Positions 27,620-37,177 of a DNA stretch of 60,302 nucleotides are shown here, piece after piece (position 1 is the first letter of the stretch; every line of letters begins with the position of its first letter). This DNA is from Clostridia bacterium (GTDB lineage: Bacteria > Bacillota > Clostridia > Christensenellales > UBA1242). A model generated the notes under the pieces. That model made no database searches. It saw only the letters and a program-made list of their open reading frames with translations, and was not told the origin of the DNA. The position numbers were made by a program, and so were the translations under genes. The DNA lies in NCBI GenBank assembly GCA_017650795.1, contig JAGCEE010000275.1:1-60302 (forward strand). The letters are read 5' to 3'.

Positions 27620-28264
27620 CTATACTGTTAAACTATCGCTGTTTTTCTGATTTTTATTTGCATGATACTTAACTAAAAGTTGCCACAAAAAGTCTTGAAA
27701 ATCTTTATTATCAAGCATATCATATAGCTTGTGGTTATACTCCTCTCTTACTGTTAGCAAAATTCTTTCTGGGCTTTTTATTATATTGTCTAAAAATAAA
27801 TTTATTACATTGTTTTCCGAAAATGCATCGCTTTCTTTATTAAAAATGTTTTTAAGTAGCACATATTTTTTTGCATCATTTTTGCTATAAACGATTAAAC
27901 TATATTCGTAAACCTTTTTTCCAATTTTGCTGTTTAAAACATCTTTATTATTATCGCCTGATTTTATGTATGAAAAATTATTACCAATAGTTGTTTCATC
28001 TGTTTTTTCATACGTTATATAAAAATCTGTTTCTTTTTGTTTAAAGAACACATTTATTGCATCTATAAATCTTTTTACAGGAATATCAAAAAAATTTACA
28101 CCTTTTACTATCTCGGCGCTAATTTGTGAATATTTATCTAACAAATTTTTTTGCCATGCAGTAAAATTTGGATTTCTGTATTGTTCCATTATTTTATATG
28201 ATTTTAATGCTTTTTTTATTTCAAAACACTTTTCTGTTAAATCTCTTAATTTTTTTACATCCAT
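27620..28264 (-). CDS. Hypothetical protein (214 aa)
   Basis: ORF with GGAG upstream of the ATG at 28264 (MDVKKLRDLTEK...). No motif I can recognise. Confidence 0.55.
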   Translation of the reverse strand: MDVKKLRDLTEKCFEIKKALKSYKIMEQYRNPNFTAWQKNLLDKYSQISAEIVKGVNFFDIPVKRFIDAINVFFKQKETDFYITYEKTDETTIGNNFSYIKSGDNNKDVLNSKIGKKVYEYSLIVYSKNDAKKYVLLKNIFNKESDAFSENNVINLFLDNIIKSPERILLTVREEYNHKLYDMLDNKDFQDFLWQLLVKYHANKNQKNSDSLTV

Positions 28265-28472
28265 TTTTTTGCTCCAAATAATTATATAAATTATGGCTTT
28301 TATTATAACATAATGCACAATTTTGTCAACGATATTTTATTTATTCTAAATTATAAACAAATATAAAAAAATAATTGATAAATAAAATTAATTTTTTGAT
28401 TGTTTTTTTCTTATTCTACATAATTTGACAAATATGTATAATATAATGTATACTATGGAAGAGGTTTTAAAT

Positions 28473-29333
28473 ATGGCAAAAATAAAAATAATAACCGATT
28501 CAAATTCCGGCATTTCACAAGATGAAGCAACAAAGCTTGGCATCTTTGTTATCCCTATGCCATTCACAATAGATGGCGAAGAATACTTAGAAGATATTTC
28601 AATAACAAATGACAAGTTTTATGAATTTTTGAATAATGATGCCGATGTTAAAACATCTCAACCATCAAGGTTTTATTTAGAAGAATTATTTGATAACCTT
28701 TTAACCGATAATGATGAAATAGTTTACATACCAATGAGCAGTGGTTTAAGTGGCACTTGTGAAAATGCCACTGCCCTTGCCCAAAACTATAACGGCAAAG
28801 TTTTTGTTGTAAACAATACAAGAATTTCCGTCACTCAAAAGCACAGTGTTTTGGAGGCTATTGAACTTGCAAATTCTGGCAAAAGCGGATTAGAAATAAA
28901 AAATATATTAGAAGAAAAAGCAAATCATCAATCTATTTACATAATGCTTGGCACATTAAAATACTTAAAAAAAGGTGGCAGAATTTCTGGCACAGCAGCA
29001 GCTCTTGGAAGCCTATTAAAAATTAAACCAATTTTATATTCAAACGGCGGAAAGTTTGATAAGTTTGCAATAGCCATAAACACCATGCAAGCAAAAAAGA
29101 AGATGATAGATAAGGTAAAACAAGAACTATCCGAAAGGTTTTTAGACGACACAAAAAATGGGCAAATAACAATAAGTGTTGCTCATACGCAAAATTATAA
29201 TGAAGCTTTAAAATTTAAAGAAGAAATAATTAAAGAATTCCCAAATATAAAATTTGAATTTACTGATAGCTTGTCATTAAGTGTAGCATGCCATATTGGT
29301 CCTGGTGCACTTGCCATAGCGGTATGCGAATAA
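28473..29333 (+). CDS. DegV-family fatty-acid-binding protein (second copy)
   Basis: MAKIKIITDSNSGISQDEA...TSQPS...YLKKGGRISG...CHIGPGALAIAV. Start refined to the ATG at 28473, which has GGAAGAGG upstream. Confidence 0.85.
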   Translation: MAKIKIITDSNSGISQDEATKLGIFVIPMPFTIDGEEYLEDISITNDKFYEFLNNDADVKTSQPSRFYLEELFDNLLTDNDEIVYIPMSSGLSGTCENATALAQNYNGKVFVVNNTRISVTQKHSVLEAIELANSGKSGLEIKNILEEKANHQSIYIMLGTLKYLKKGGRISGTAAALGSLLKIKPILYSNGGKFDKFAIAINTMQAKKKMIDKVKQELSERFLDDTKNGQITISVAHTQNYNEALKFKEEIIKEFPNIKFEFTDSLSLSVACHIGPGALAIAVCE

Positions 29334-29340
29334 TAAAAAA

Positions 29341-29368
29341 TAGTGTTATTAAAAACACTATTTTTTTT
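29341..29368 (+). terminator. Intrinsic terminator after degV-2
   Basis: TAGTGTT-ATTAAA-AACACTA hairpin followed by T8. Confidence 0.7.
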
Positions 29369-29404
29369 AGGCACGCAAGAATGATGTTTATTTATAAACA
29401 TTTT

Positions 29405-30016
29405 TTATTTTAATGCTTTTTCTAATTTCTTTTTTGTCCTTGATATTGCATTGTCTATGCTTTTTGTACTTTGATTTAATCTGCCTGCAATTTCGGAATA
29501 ACTAAGACCATTTAAGTATAGCTTAAACACTTCTTTTTCTTTTGCCGACAAATTTTCTTCTATAAATTTTGAAATTTCTTTTTCTCGCTCATTTGCAAGC
29601 AATGCATCTTCTGGTTCTAATTCTGTTGATGGAATATATATATATAAATCGTCGTCATCATTATTGGTGTCGTCTTTTTTTATTGCTCCTTGACTTGTTA
29701 GAGAATAACTATCATTTATTATTCTGTTTTTTAATCTGTTCGCAATTTTTACAGCAGATTGTACTGCTCTGTTTATGCAAAGAGTGGCAAAAGTTTTAAA
29801 ACTCGCCCCTTGATTTTTTTGATAATTTCTACATGCACTATAAAGCCCTATCATTGCCTCTTGTAGCAAATCCTCACTTTCGGCACCAATTAAAAAATAA
29901 CTTCTGGCAATTTTGCTTGCAAGCGCCTTGTATTTTGCTATTAAAAAATCTAGCGCCTGTTCGTCACCACCTTTGTATAAATCTAAAATTTCTTCATCTT
30001 TTAAATCTTTGTACAT
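29405..30016 (-). CDS. sigH: RNA polymerase sigma factor SigH (sporulation/stationary-phase sigma-H)
   Basis: Colinear with B. subtilis SigH as I recall it (ARSYFLIGAESEDLLQEAMIGLY..., SFKTFATLCINR, LYLNGLSYSEIAGRLNQSTKSIDNAISRTKKKLEK). Conserved mrnC-rlmB-sigH gene order. Confidence 0.8.
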   Translation of the reverse strand: MYKDLKDEEILDLYKGGDEQALDFLIAKYKALASKIARSYFLIGAESEDLLQEAMIGLYSACRNYQKNQGASFKTFATLCINRAVQSAVKIANRLKNRIINDSYSLTSQGAIKKDDTNNDDDDLYIYIPSTELEPEDALLANEREKEISKFIEENLSAKEKEVFKLYLNGLSYSEIAGRLNQSTKSIDNAISRTKKKLEKALK

Positions 30017-30736
30017 TTATCCTCTTTGTCTAACAACTTCGTACATTGCAATCGCCCCAGCAACACTTGCATTAAGCGAATTGATTTTTCCGTTTAGTTT
30101 AATAGATATTATGCCATCGCATTTTTCTTTTGTTAGTCTGCTAACACCATTTCCTTCACTTCCAACAACAATGGCAATAGCTCCTTTTAGGTTAGTTTTA
30201 GTTATTTCCTCGCCACCAACTTCTAGACAATAAATCCAAATGTTTTGTTTTTTTAATATTTCTATTGTGTTGTTAATATTTGCAACCCTTGCAATCATCA
30301 TATTGCTAACAGCACCTGCACTTGTTTTTACCACAGTATCATTTACTGGCGTGGCTCTATGCTCTGGAATTATAATACCATGAACACCGGCACATTCAGC
30401 AGTTCTAATTAGCGCACCAAAATTATGGGGGTCTTCTATTTTATCAAGTATCAAAATAAAAGGGTCTTCATTTTTATTTTTTGCCAAATTTAAGATGTCC
30501 TCAACCTCGGCATATTTATAGTCGGTCACCTCACAAATAAAACCTTGGTGACGGTTTGTTGTTTTTTTGTCAAGTACATCTCTTGCAACAAAATCTATTC
30601 TTATGCCTTTTGATTTTGCAAGTTTAATTATTTCGTTGCTTGTGCTATCAGTCAAATTGTTTTGTATTAGCAATTTGTGTATTGTTGCTCCACTTTTTAA
30701 TGCTTCCCAAACAGAGTTTTTTCCTTCTATTAACAT
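30017..30736 (-). CDS. rlmB: TrmH/SpoU-family 23S rRNA 2'-O-methyltransferase (RlmB-like)
   Basis: SpoU motifs (LDKIEDPHNFGALIRTAECAGVHGIIIP, IAIVVGSEGNGVS, SLNASVAGAIAMYE). Synteny with mrnC. Confidence 0.8.
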   Translation of the reverse strand: MLIEGKNSVWEALKSGATIHKLLIQNNLTDSTSNEIIKLAKSKGIRIDFVARDVLDKKTTNRHQGFICEVTDYKYAEVEDILNLAKNKNEDPFILILDKIEDPHNFGALIRTAECAGVHGIIIPEHRATPVNDTVVKTSAGAVSNMMIARVANINNTIEILKKQNIWIYCLEVGGEEITKTNLKGAIAIVVGSEGNGVSRLTKEKCDGIISIKLNGKINSLNASVAGAIAMYEVVRQRG

Positions 30737-30740
30737 ACTT

Positions 30741-31151
30741 TTATTCCTCTATATTTAATATCTCGTTTATTCTATCATAATTTCCAAGCAAATACAAGTA
30801 TCCTAAAACTGCTTCAAAACAGGTGGCTTTTTTATATGTTGCTTCGTCAGTGTTTTTGCTTGTGTGATGTATCTTGCTGTTGCGTGTTCGCCTTACAACC
30901 TCTTTTTCTTGTTCGGTTAGAATAGGAAAAATAGCATCAAACTGCTTTGCTTGCGCATTTGCATTACAAAAACTAGAACTCATTTTATGATAATCTTTAA
31001 CCAACAAAATGTTTTCTTTTATAACCATATCTCTAACATATATGGTGTGTAAACCATCTCCAATAAATGCCAATGCAATGGGCGAAATTTCCAATAATTG
31101 TTTTTCGGTTATGTTTGGTTTAAATATGTCTTGTAGGTTTTTTATTTGCAT
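30741..31151 (-). CDS. mrnC: Mini-ribonuclease III
   Basis: 136 aa. LAFIGDGLHTIYVRD and the ATCFEAVLGYLYL motif. Lies upstream of rlmB, as in Bacillus. Confidence 0.85.
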   Translation of the reverse strand: MQIKNLQDIFKPNITEKQLLEISPIALAFIGDGLHTIYVRDMVIKENILLVKDYHKMSSSFCNANAQAKQFDAIFPILTEQEKEVVRRTRNSKIHHTSKNTDEATYKKATCFEAVLGYLYLLGNYDRINEILNIEE

Positions 31152-31234
31152 AATTTTTTCCTTTTTATAAATTTATATGAATAAAAATAAATCACTTATA
31201 TTCTTACATTTACTTTATAGTGCATATTTTCGTT

Positions 31235-31402
31235 TTATCAACATTAGTTAAGTACGAATTTAAAGGGAATGAGGACAATTTTGCCAAGTTATCCACATTT
31301 CCACATTTTTATTTTTATACATCGATATAAATATTTATTGATTTTTATGATTTTTGTACAATAATGTGGACAGTGTTGATAAGTTATCCACATTTCCACA
31401 TT
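31235..31402. promoter_or_regulatory. DnaA-box cluster 1 (candidate oriC or DnaA-regulated region)
   Basis: Perfect TTATCCACA at 31289-31297 and 31384-31392. One-mismatch TTATCAACA at 31235-31243 and, on the reverse strand, at 31374-31382. CTGTCCACA on the reverse strand at 31365-31373. Both perfect boxes sit inside a 22-bp direct repeat AAGTTATCCACATTTCCACATT (31286-31307 and 31381-31402). An almost pure A/T stretch (31306-31356) lies between the repeats. Confidence 0.6.
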
Positions 31403-31539
31403 GTTTTTTGTGGTTTTTTACAAAATGGTATTTTATTAGCTCTGCCATCACAATATGTTGTGGTTGTTGTCTATATTTGCTTATTTTTGTCGCAAAATAT
31501 TATGTTTTTATACACAAACGATTGTTCATAAAAGCAAAA

Positions 31540-32241
31540 CTAAACTATTGGTTTTAATCTTGGAAGATTTTTTCCCCTAGGGTATTTTGTTGAGGTTTGT
31601 TTTACCTTTTTTATGATTATGTTTGCCCTCTCGCCGTCTATTTCGGCAATAATTGATTTTTGTATTTCTTGCAAAGTTCCACCCAAAAGTTCTATTGCAT
31701 TTTTTGCAACTTCCAATTCTTCATTATACGCAGAGCCTTTCATTGCAATAAAAACTCCTCCTAATTTTACAAAAGGCATACAATATTCACACAAAGTATT
31801 TAATCCTGCAACAGCTCTTGCAATAGCAACATCAAAAGACTCTCTATTTTTTAAAGCAAAATCCTCTGCCCTCTCGTGATAAGCCACAATATTTTCTAAA
31901 CCTAAACTTTGCACAGTGTTGTTTAAAAAATTAACCCTTTTATTTAGTGCATCTATCATTGTTATTTTTAAGTCTGGCCTAATTATTTTTAAAACAACAG
32001 ATGGAAATCCTGCCCCAGCACCAATGTCTATAACGGTAGCATTTTTGCTTATTAGTTTAGCTGGCAAAGCACAATCAAGTATGTGCTTTATCGCAAAGTC
32101 ATTAACCTTTGTTATTGCCGTTAAATTAAACTTTTTATTTTCTTCTACAACTATTTCATAAAACCCTTCTAATTGTTCTAACATTTGCTCGCTATAATCT
32201 ATTTTATATTTATCAAATAGTTCTTTTAATAATTGTTTCAT
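31540..32241 (-). CDS. rsmG: 16S rRNA m7G527 methyltransferase RsmG (GidB)
   Basis: SAM motif VIDIGAGAGFPSVVLKI and an ARAVA motif. Immediately downstream of mnmG. Confidence 0.9.
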   Translation of the reverse strand: MKQLLKELFDKYKIDYSEQMLEQLEGFYEIVVEENKKFNLTAITKVNDFAIKHILDCALPAKLISKNATVIDIGAGAGFPSVVLKIIRPDLKITMIDALNKRVNFLNNTVQSLGLENIVAYHERAEDFALKNRESFDVAIARAVAGLNTLCEYCMPFVKLGGVFIAMKGSAYNEELEVAKNAIELLGGTLQEIQKSIIAEIDGERANIIIKKVKQTSTKYPRGKNLPRLKPIV

Positions 32242-32249
32242 AACATTTC

Positions 32250-34109
32250 CTACTTATCTAATGACTTTAAATATATAATTAAAACAGATATGTCAGCTGG
32301 GCTAACACCCGATATTCTTGATGCTTGCCCAACATTTAGTGGTCTAATTTTGTTTAGTTTTTCACGAGCTTCTATTCTTAATCCCTTTAATTGCATAAAA
32401 TCTATATCTGTTGGTATTATAATGTTTTCTTGTTTTAACATTTTTTCTATATCTTCGTTTTGTTGCGAAATATACCCCTCGTACTTAATTTCTGTATTAA
32501 CATATTCAAGAGTTCTTTTATCAAAGCCATAAAAAATATTGTATATTTTGTTTATGTCAAAAATATCTATATTGCTTCTTTTTAATGCTTTTCTTACCGT
32601 CATGCTTTGGCTTGGCTCGGTTTCACCCTTTTGTTTAAATAACTGTTTTAATGTTTCATCATTTTTTAGTTTTTTATCCAATAGTCCACAAGCTTTTTTA
32701 ACTTGCTTTTGTTTTTTTAGATATTCTTTATATCGCTTATCGCTTACAAGCCCAACCCTTCTTCCAATTTCCGTTAATCTTACATCGGCATTATCTTGGC
32801 GAAGAACGAGCCTATATTCTGCCCTAGATGTCATCATTCTATATGGCTCATTTGTGCCTTTTGTCACAAGGTCATCAATAAGCACACCAATATATGCGTC
32901 ATTTCTTTTTAATACTAATTCTTCTTTTCCTTCTAGTTTTAAAGAAGCATTTATTCCGGCAATTATTCCTTGTGCAGCCGCCTCCTCGTATCCACTTGTG
33001 CCATTTACTTGACCAGCAAAATACAAACCAGAAACAAGTTTGCTTTCTAGTGTTGGTTTTAATTCGGTTGAATCTATTGCATCGTATTCTATGGCATAGG
33101 CATCACGCATAATCTGCGCATTTTCTAGCCCTAAAATACTTGGATATAACTGCTTTTGAACATCTACCGGAAGCGAAGTGGAAACACCTTGAACATAATA
33201 CTCCCTTGTTCCCATACCTTCTGGTTCTATAAATATTTGGTGTCTGTCTTTATCGGCAAATCTAACAATTTTTGTTTCTATACTAGGGCAATACCTTGGC
33301 CCTGTTGAAGATATTTCGCCATTAAACATTGGCGCTCTGTTTAAATTATCTAAAATTATTTTATGTGTGTTTGCATTTGTATAGGTCAAATAACATGATG
33401 TGACATTTTTTGGAGTCTTTTTGCTCAAAAAACTAAAACTCTGTATATCTTCATCGCCTTTTTGTTCTTCCATTTCGGCAAAGTTTATAGTCCTGCCATT
33501 TATTCTTGCAGGAGTTCCTGTTTTAAATCTTAGAATTGTATGCCCAAAGTTTGCTATTGACTCGGTTAAATTTTCTGCCCTCGAAAAACCATTTGGACCA
33601 ACATTTTTGCTGTATTCTCCAATTATTATTCTACTTTTTAAATATACTCCAGTTGCAACTATCACTGCACTTGAATAATATGTTTCGCCCTGCTGTGTAA
33701 TTACACCAACAATCTTATTGTTGTCGGACAAAATCTCTTTTACTTCGGCTTGTTTTATATATACATTTTCTTCGTTTTCTAAAACAAACTTCATTCTTTC
33801 GTGATACTTTTGCTTATCCACCTGCGCTCTTAGACTTTGAACCGCTGGTCCTTTGCCAGAATTAAGCATTCTTATTTGTATACTTGTTGCATCAGTATTT
33901 ACTCCCATTTCGCCACCAAGAGCATCAATTTCGCAAACAAGATGACCCTTGGCTGTTCCCCCAACGGACGGATTGCATGCCAAAAAAGCGATTGCATCTA
34001 GGGATATTGTTAGTAATAAAACTTTATGTCCCTTTCTTGCAAGCGCTAGTGTTGCCTCACAGCCGGCATGACCGGCACCAATTACTATTGCATCAAATAA
34101 GTTTTCCAT
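32250..34109 (-). CDS. mnmG: tRNA uridine-5-carboxymethylaminomethyl modification enzyme MnmG (GidA)
   Basis: FAD motif [20 protein letters not shown], and a C-terminal [17 protein letters not shown]. Start refined to the ATG at 34109, which has GGAGAAG upstream. Confidence 0.95.
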   Translation of the reverse strand: MENLFDAIVIGAGHAGCEATLALARKGHKVLLLTISLDAIAFLACNPSVGGTAKGHLVCEIDALGGEMGVNTDATSIQIRMLNSGKGPAVQSLRAQVDKQKYHERMKFVLENEENVYIKQAEVKEILSDNNKIVGVITQQGETYYSSAVIVATGVYLKSRIIIGEYSKNVGPNGFSRAENLTESIANFGHTILRFKTGTPARINGRTINFAEMEEQKGDEDIQSFSFLSKKTPKNVTSCYLTYTNANTHKIILDNLNRAPMFNGEISSTGPRYCPSIETKIVRFADKDRHQIFIEPEGMGTREYYVQGVSTSLPVDVQKQLYPSILGLENAQIMRDAYAIEYDAIDSTELKPTLESKLVSGLYFAGQVNGTSGYEEAAAQGIIAGINASLKLEGKEELVLKRNDAYIGVLIDDLVTKGTNEPYRMMTSRAEYRLVLRQDNADVRLTEIGRRVGLVSDKRYKEYLKKQKQVKKACGLLDKKLKNDETLKQLFKQKGETEPSQSMTVRKALKRSNIDIFDINKIYNIFYGFDKRTLEYVNTEIKYEGYISQQNEDIEKMLKQENIIIPTDIDFMQLKGLRIEAREKLNKIRPLNVGQASRISGVSPADISVLIIYLKSLDK

Positions 34110-34188
34110 CACTTCTCCAAAAATAACAAGTGAGAGTATAACACAAATCAAAAAGATTTTTCAATACATTTGTTTATTGTTTTTTAAT

Positions 34189-35688
34189 TTAAAACAGTGG
34201 TTTTTCCATATCACTAGGTATATTTAACCCCAATAATTTGAGTACGGTTGGCGCAATATTCGCAAGTTTGCCATCTTTTATTAGTTTTGCTTTTTTATTT
34301 TTTTCACTACACAGATAAACCGGAACCGGATTGGTTGTGTGTGCTGTGTGTGGCTCGCCATTTGGCAAAATCATTTCTTCGGCATTACCATGGTCGGCAG
34401 TAATAATACAATCACCACCAGCCATAAGACAGGCAAGCGCTATCGCATATGCACATTTATCAACAGCCTCCACTCCTTTTATTGCAGCATCTAAATTGCC
34501 CGTGTGCCCTATCATATCGGCATTGGAAAGATTAACCAAAATAAAATCATATTTTTTTTCTGTTATTGCCCTTAACACCTCGTCGGTAATTTCATAAGCC
34601 CTCATTTTTGGAGTGCTAGCAAAACTTAATACATTTTCACTTTCTATTAGCTTTCGGTCTTCGTTTTTGTTTGGCTCCTCTATGCCACCATTAAAAAAGA
34701 ATGTCACATGAGCATATTTGGTTGTTTCGGAAATATGAAATTGCTTTAAACCTGCCTTAGATATTATTGCCGAAAGATTGTTGTCAATTTTTTCTGGCAA
34801 AAATGCCACATTTACGTTTTTAAAAGTTGAATCATATTCGGTAAAAGTTGTAAACAATAAGTCTTTATATTCTTTTGTTTTAAACTCTTTAAATGACTTA
34901 CTTGTAAAAGCTTCCGTAAGCTCTCTTGCTCTATCGGTTCTAAAATTGTAGTAGATTACAGAATCGCCGTCACCTACTGGTTTAAACCCATCTAATATTG
35001 TAGGTTCTATAAACTCATCATAAACTTTATTGCCATAACTATCAGCGAATGCATCATCTATTGTTTGCTTTTTTTGTGCATCGCCAAAAGCAAGCATATC
35101 GTATGCCTTTTTTACCCTGTCGTATCTTTTTTCTCTATCCATGGCATAAACCCTGCCACAGATTGATGCAACTTTTGCCTTGTCTTTTGCGTAATCTACA
35201 ATCTCATTTACAAAGCCACTTCCAGAAGTTATTGGTGTATCACGACCATCTGTAAACATATGGAGCATTATGTTTTTTGCTCCCATACCACTAGCCATAT
35301 CTATAAGTGCTTTTAAATGATTTGTGTGCGAATGAACGCCCCCATTTGAACAAAGCCCCATAATATGGAGTGTGCTGTTATTGTTTATGGCATGGTTAAC
35401 TGCATCTTTTAATGCACTATTTTTAAAAAAAGAGCCATCTTTTATTGCATTGTCTATTCTTAATAGGTCTTGGTACACTATTCTTCCTGCGCCAAGGTTT
35501 AAATGACCAACTTCACTATTTCCCATTTGCCCTGCGGACAAGCCAACATATTCTCCACTTGCCTGTATTTCGGTATAAGGAAATAATTTTTTTAATTTAT
35601 TCATATTTGGCATTCCTTGCAATTTAACTGCATTGCCAATTTTTGACTTTCTTATTCCAAGTCCGTCCATAATAACCAAAGTGACCAT
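34189..35688 (-). CDS. gpmI: 2,3-bisphosphoglycerate-independent phosphoglycerate mutase
   Basis: VTLVIMDGLG, NSEVGHLNLGAGR, DGRDT and ITADHGNAE motifs. Start refined to the ATG at 35688, which has GGAGAA upstream. Confidence 0.95.
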   Translation of the reverse strand: MVTLVIMDGLGIRKSKIGNAVKLQGMPNMNKLKKLFPYTEIQASGEYVGLSAGQMGNSEVGHLNLGAGRIVYQDLLRIDNAIKDGSFFKNSALKDAVNHAINNNSTLHIMGLCSNGGVHSHTNHLKALIDMASGMGAKNIMLHMFTDGRDTPITSGSGFVNEIVDYAKDKAKVASICGRVYAMDREKRYDRVKKAYDMLAFGDAQKKQTIDDAFADSYGNKVYDEFIEPTILDGFKPVGDGDSVIYYNFRTDRARELTEAFTSKSFKEFKTKEYKDLLFTTFTEYDSTFKNVNVAFLPEKIDNNLSAIISKAGLKQFHISETTKYAHVTFFFNGGIEEPNKNEDRKLIESENVLSFASTPKMRAYEITDEVLRAITEKKYDFILVNLSNADMIGHTGNLDAAIKGVEAVDKCAYAIALACLMAGGDCIITADHGNAEEMILPNGEPHTAHTTNPVPVYLCSEKNKKAKLIKDGKLANIAPTVLKLLGLNIPSDMEKPLF

Positions 35689-35751
35689 ATATTCTCCGTG
35701 ATTTAATTTTAACACATATTTTTATTATTATAAAGTTTTTTATAAAAGTGC

Positions 35752-35783
35752 AAAAAAAAAGACTGTACTAAAATATACAATCT
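35752..35783 (-). terminator. Intrinsic terminator downstream of dnaN
   Basis: 8-bp hairpin (35760-35767 with 35776-35783). Its single C:A mismatch on the plus strand becomes a G-U wobble on the minus strand. On the minus strand it is followed by U9 (complement of A-run 35752-35760). Confidence 0.65.
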
Positions 35784-35805
35784 TTTTTATTGTTAAATTA
35801 TCGGA

Positions 35806-35900
35806 AGTTGTCGTCAAGCGACACGAAGTGGCATTTGACAACAACTGAAGTTTATTCAATCTTTGATGCCTTGATTTATCAAGGAATTGCGTTGGCAATT
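35806..35900 (-). other. Array of three stem-loops in the dnaN 3' region (unclassified structured RNA or 3' UTR)
   Basis: 12-bp stem 35806-35817 with 35835-35846; its one C:A mismatch on plus becomes G-U on minus. 6-bp stem plus tetraloop at 35869-35884 (CCTTGA-TTTA-TCAAGG). 6-bp stem plus tetraloop at 35885-35900 (AATTGC-GTTG-GCAATT). By eye this region is locally more G+C-rich than its surroundings. Confidence 0.4.
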
Positions 35901-35941
35901 TGATTTGCGAGAAAATCGATGCAAAGCAACATCACATATAA

Positions 35942-37045
35942 TTATATTATTCTAACAGGTAAAATCAAGTACAAATACTCGCTACTATCTGTTGCGGGAA
36001 CAACCACGCATGGATTTGAAGGACTATTAAATTTGATTTTTACAAAATCGTCAGTAATTGTTCTAAATGCTTCCATAAAGTATCTTGCATTAAATGCAAT
36101 AAATATGTCTTTGCCCTCAATAGAAATGCTTATGTTTTCTTTAATATTACCAATTTCGGAATTAGAAGTTAAAAGCAATGTATTTTCTTTTATGTCAAAC
36201 TTAACAAGATTGTTTTGACCAACCTTAGACAAAAGTGATGCTCTATCTAATGCATCTAGTAGCTGCGTTCTATTTATTGTAATTTCTGTTGAAAACTCAT
36301 TTGCTATTATTTGCTTATAATTTAAGAAATCACCTTCCAAAATTCTAGTTGTCACTTTGGTATCGCCAATATCTATCATTAAATATTTTTTGTCTACATA
36401 AACATTAACAATCTCATCGCTATCGCCTAAAAGTTTTGATATCTCGCTAAGCGACCTTGCAGGAATAATAACTCCACCATTTATTGTGGAACTAAGTATT
36501 GGTTCGGTCACAAGTGCCAATCTATATCCATCTAATGCTACTGCTTTTACTGTGTTTTGACCAATTTCAAATAATGCTCCTTTAAGTATTGGCCTTGAAT
36601 CATCAACAGCAACCGAGAATATACTTTTGTTTATTAAATTCTTTAAATTTTCGCTTGTTATTGAGAACACATTTGTTCCGTTTACATTGTTAAAACTTGG
36701 ATATTCATCACTTACAAAGCACTGAATAAAACTTTCGGAATCTATATATTTTATTTTAAGTTGATTTTTGTCACTTAATTCTAATTCTATTTTTTCGTTA
36801 GATAATTTTTTAATAAACTCAGAAAAGAACCTTCCTGGTATAACAACTTCGCCCTCAATTTTTACATCGGCTTTAATTTTCTTTTCTATGGATAAATCTA
36901 AATCTGTTGCACTTAAAGTTAATGTGTCTTCCCTTGCCACAATTTTAATTCCTTCCAAAATTGGATTTGTGGTTTTGTTTGGGATTGCTTTGCTAACTTT
37001 TATGACTGCATCGGATAAATCTAAACCTTCACAAATTACTTGCAT
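35942..37045 (-). CDS. dnaN: DNA polymerase III beta sliding clamp
   Basis: Three-domain clamp pattern (MQVICEGLDLSDAVIKVSKAIPNKTTNPILEGIKI..., DGYRLA, ...YLILPVRI). Start refined to the ATG at 37045, which has AAAGGAAG upstream. The track's 46-codon N-terminal extension is not supported. Confidence 0.9.
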   Translation of the reverse strand: MQVICEGLDLSDAVIKVSKAIPNKTTNPILEGIKIVAREDTLTLSATDLDLSIEKKIKADVKIEGEVVIPGRFFSEFIKKLSNEKIELELSDKNQLKIKYIDSESFIQCFVSDEYPSFNNVNGTNVFSITSENLKNLINKSIFSVAVDDSRPILKGALFEIGQNTVKAVALDGYRLALVTEPILSSTINGGVIIPARSLSEISKLLGDSDEIVNVYVDKKYLMIDIGDTKVTTRILEGDFLNYKQIIANEFSTEITINRTQLLDALDRASLLSKVGQNNLVKFDIKENTLLLTSNSEIGNIKENISISIEGKDIFIAFNARYFMEAFRTITDDFVKIKFNSPSNPCVVVPATDSSEYLYLILPVRII

Positions 37046-37177
37046 ATTTTTTCTTCCTTTTAACAGAATAATTGTACCATAATTTATAATAATTTGCAAG
37101 TAGATTGATAATTTTTTAACACTATTATAAGTTGTCATATGTTTGTGTTTTATAATTAAGTATGATAAAATATACCT

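Noticed and set aside
31354-31557. 67-aa ORF inside DnaA-box cluster 1.
   Set aside because: It overlaps the DnaA boxes and the rsmG 3' end, has no RBS, and has a hydrophobic junk-like translation. The region is better explained as noncoding.
35919-36218. 99-aa plus-strand ORF overlapping the dnaN 3' end.
   Set aside because: It is antisense to a confidently identified dnaN and has no RBS.
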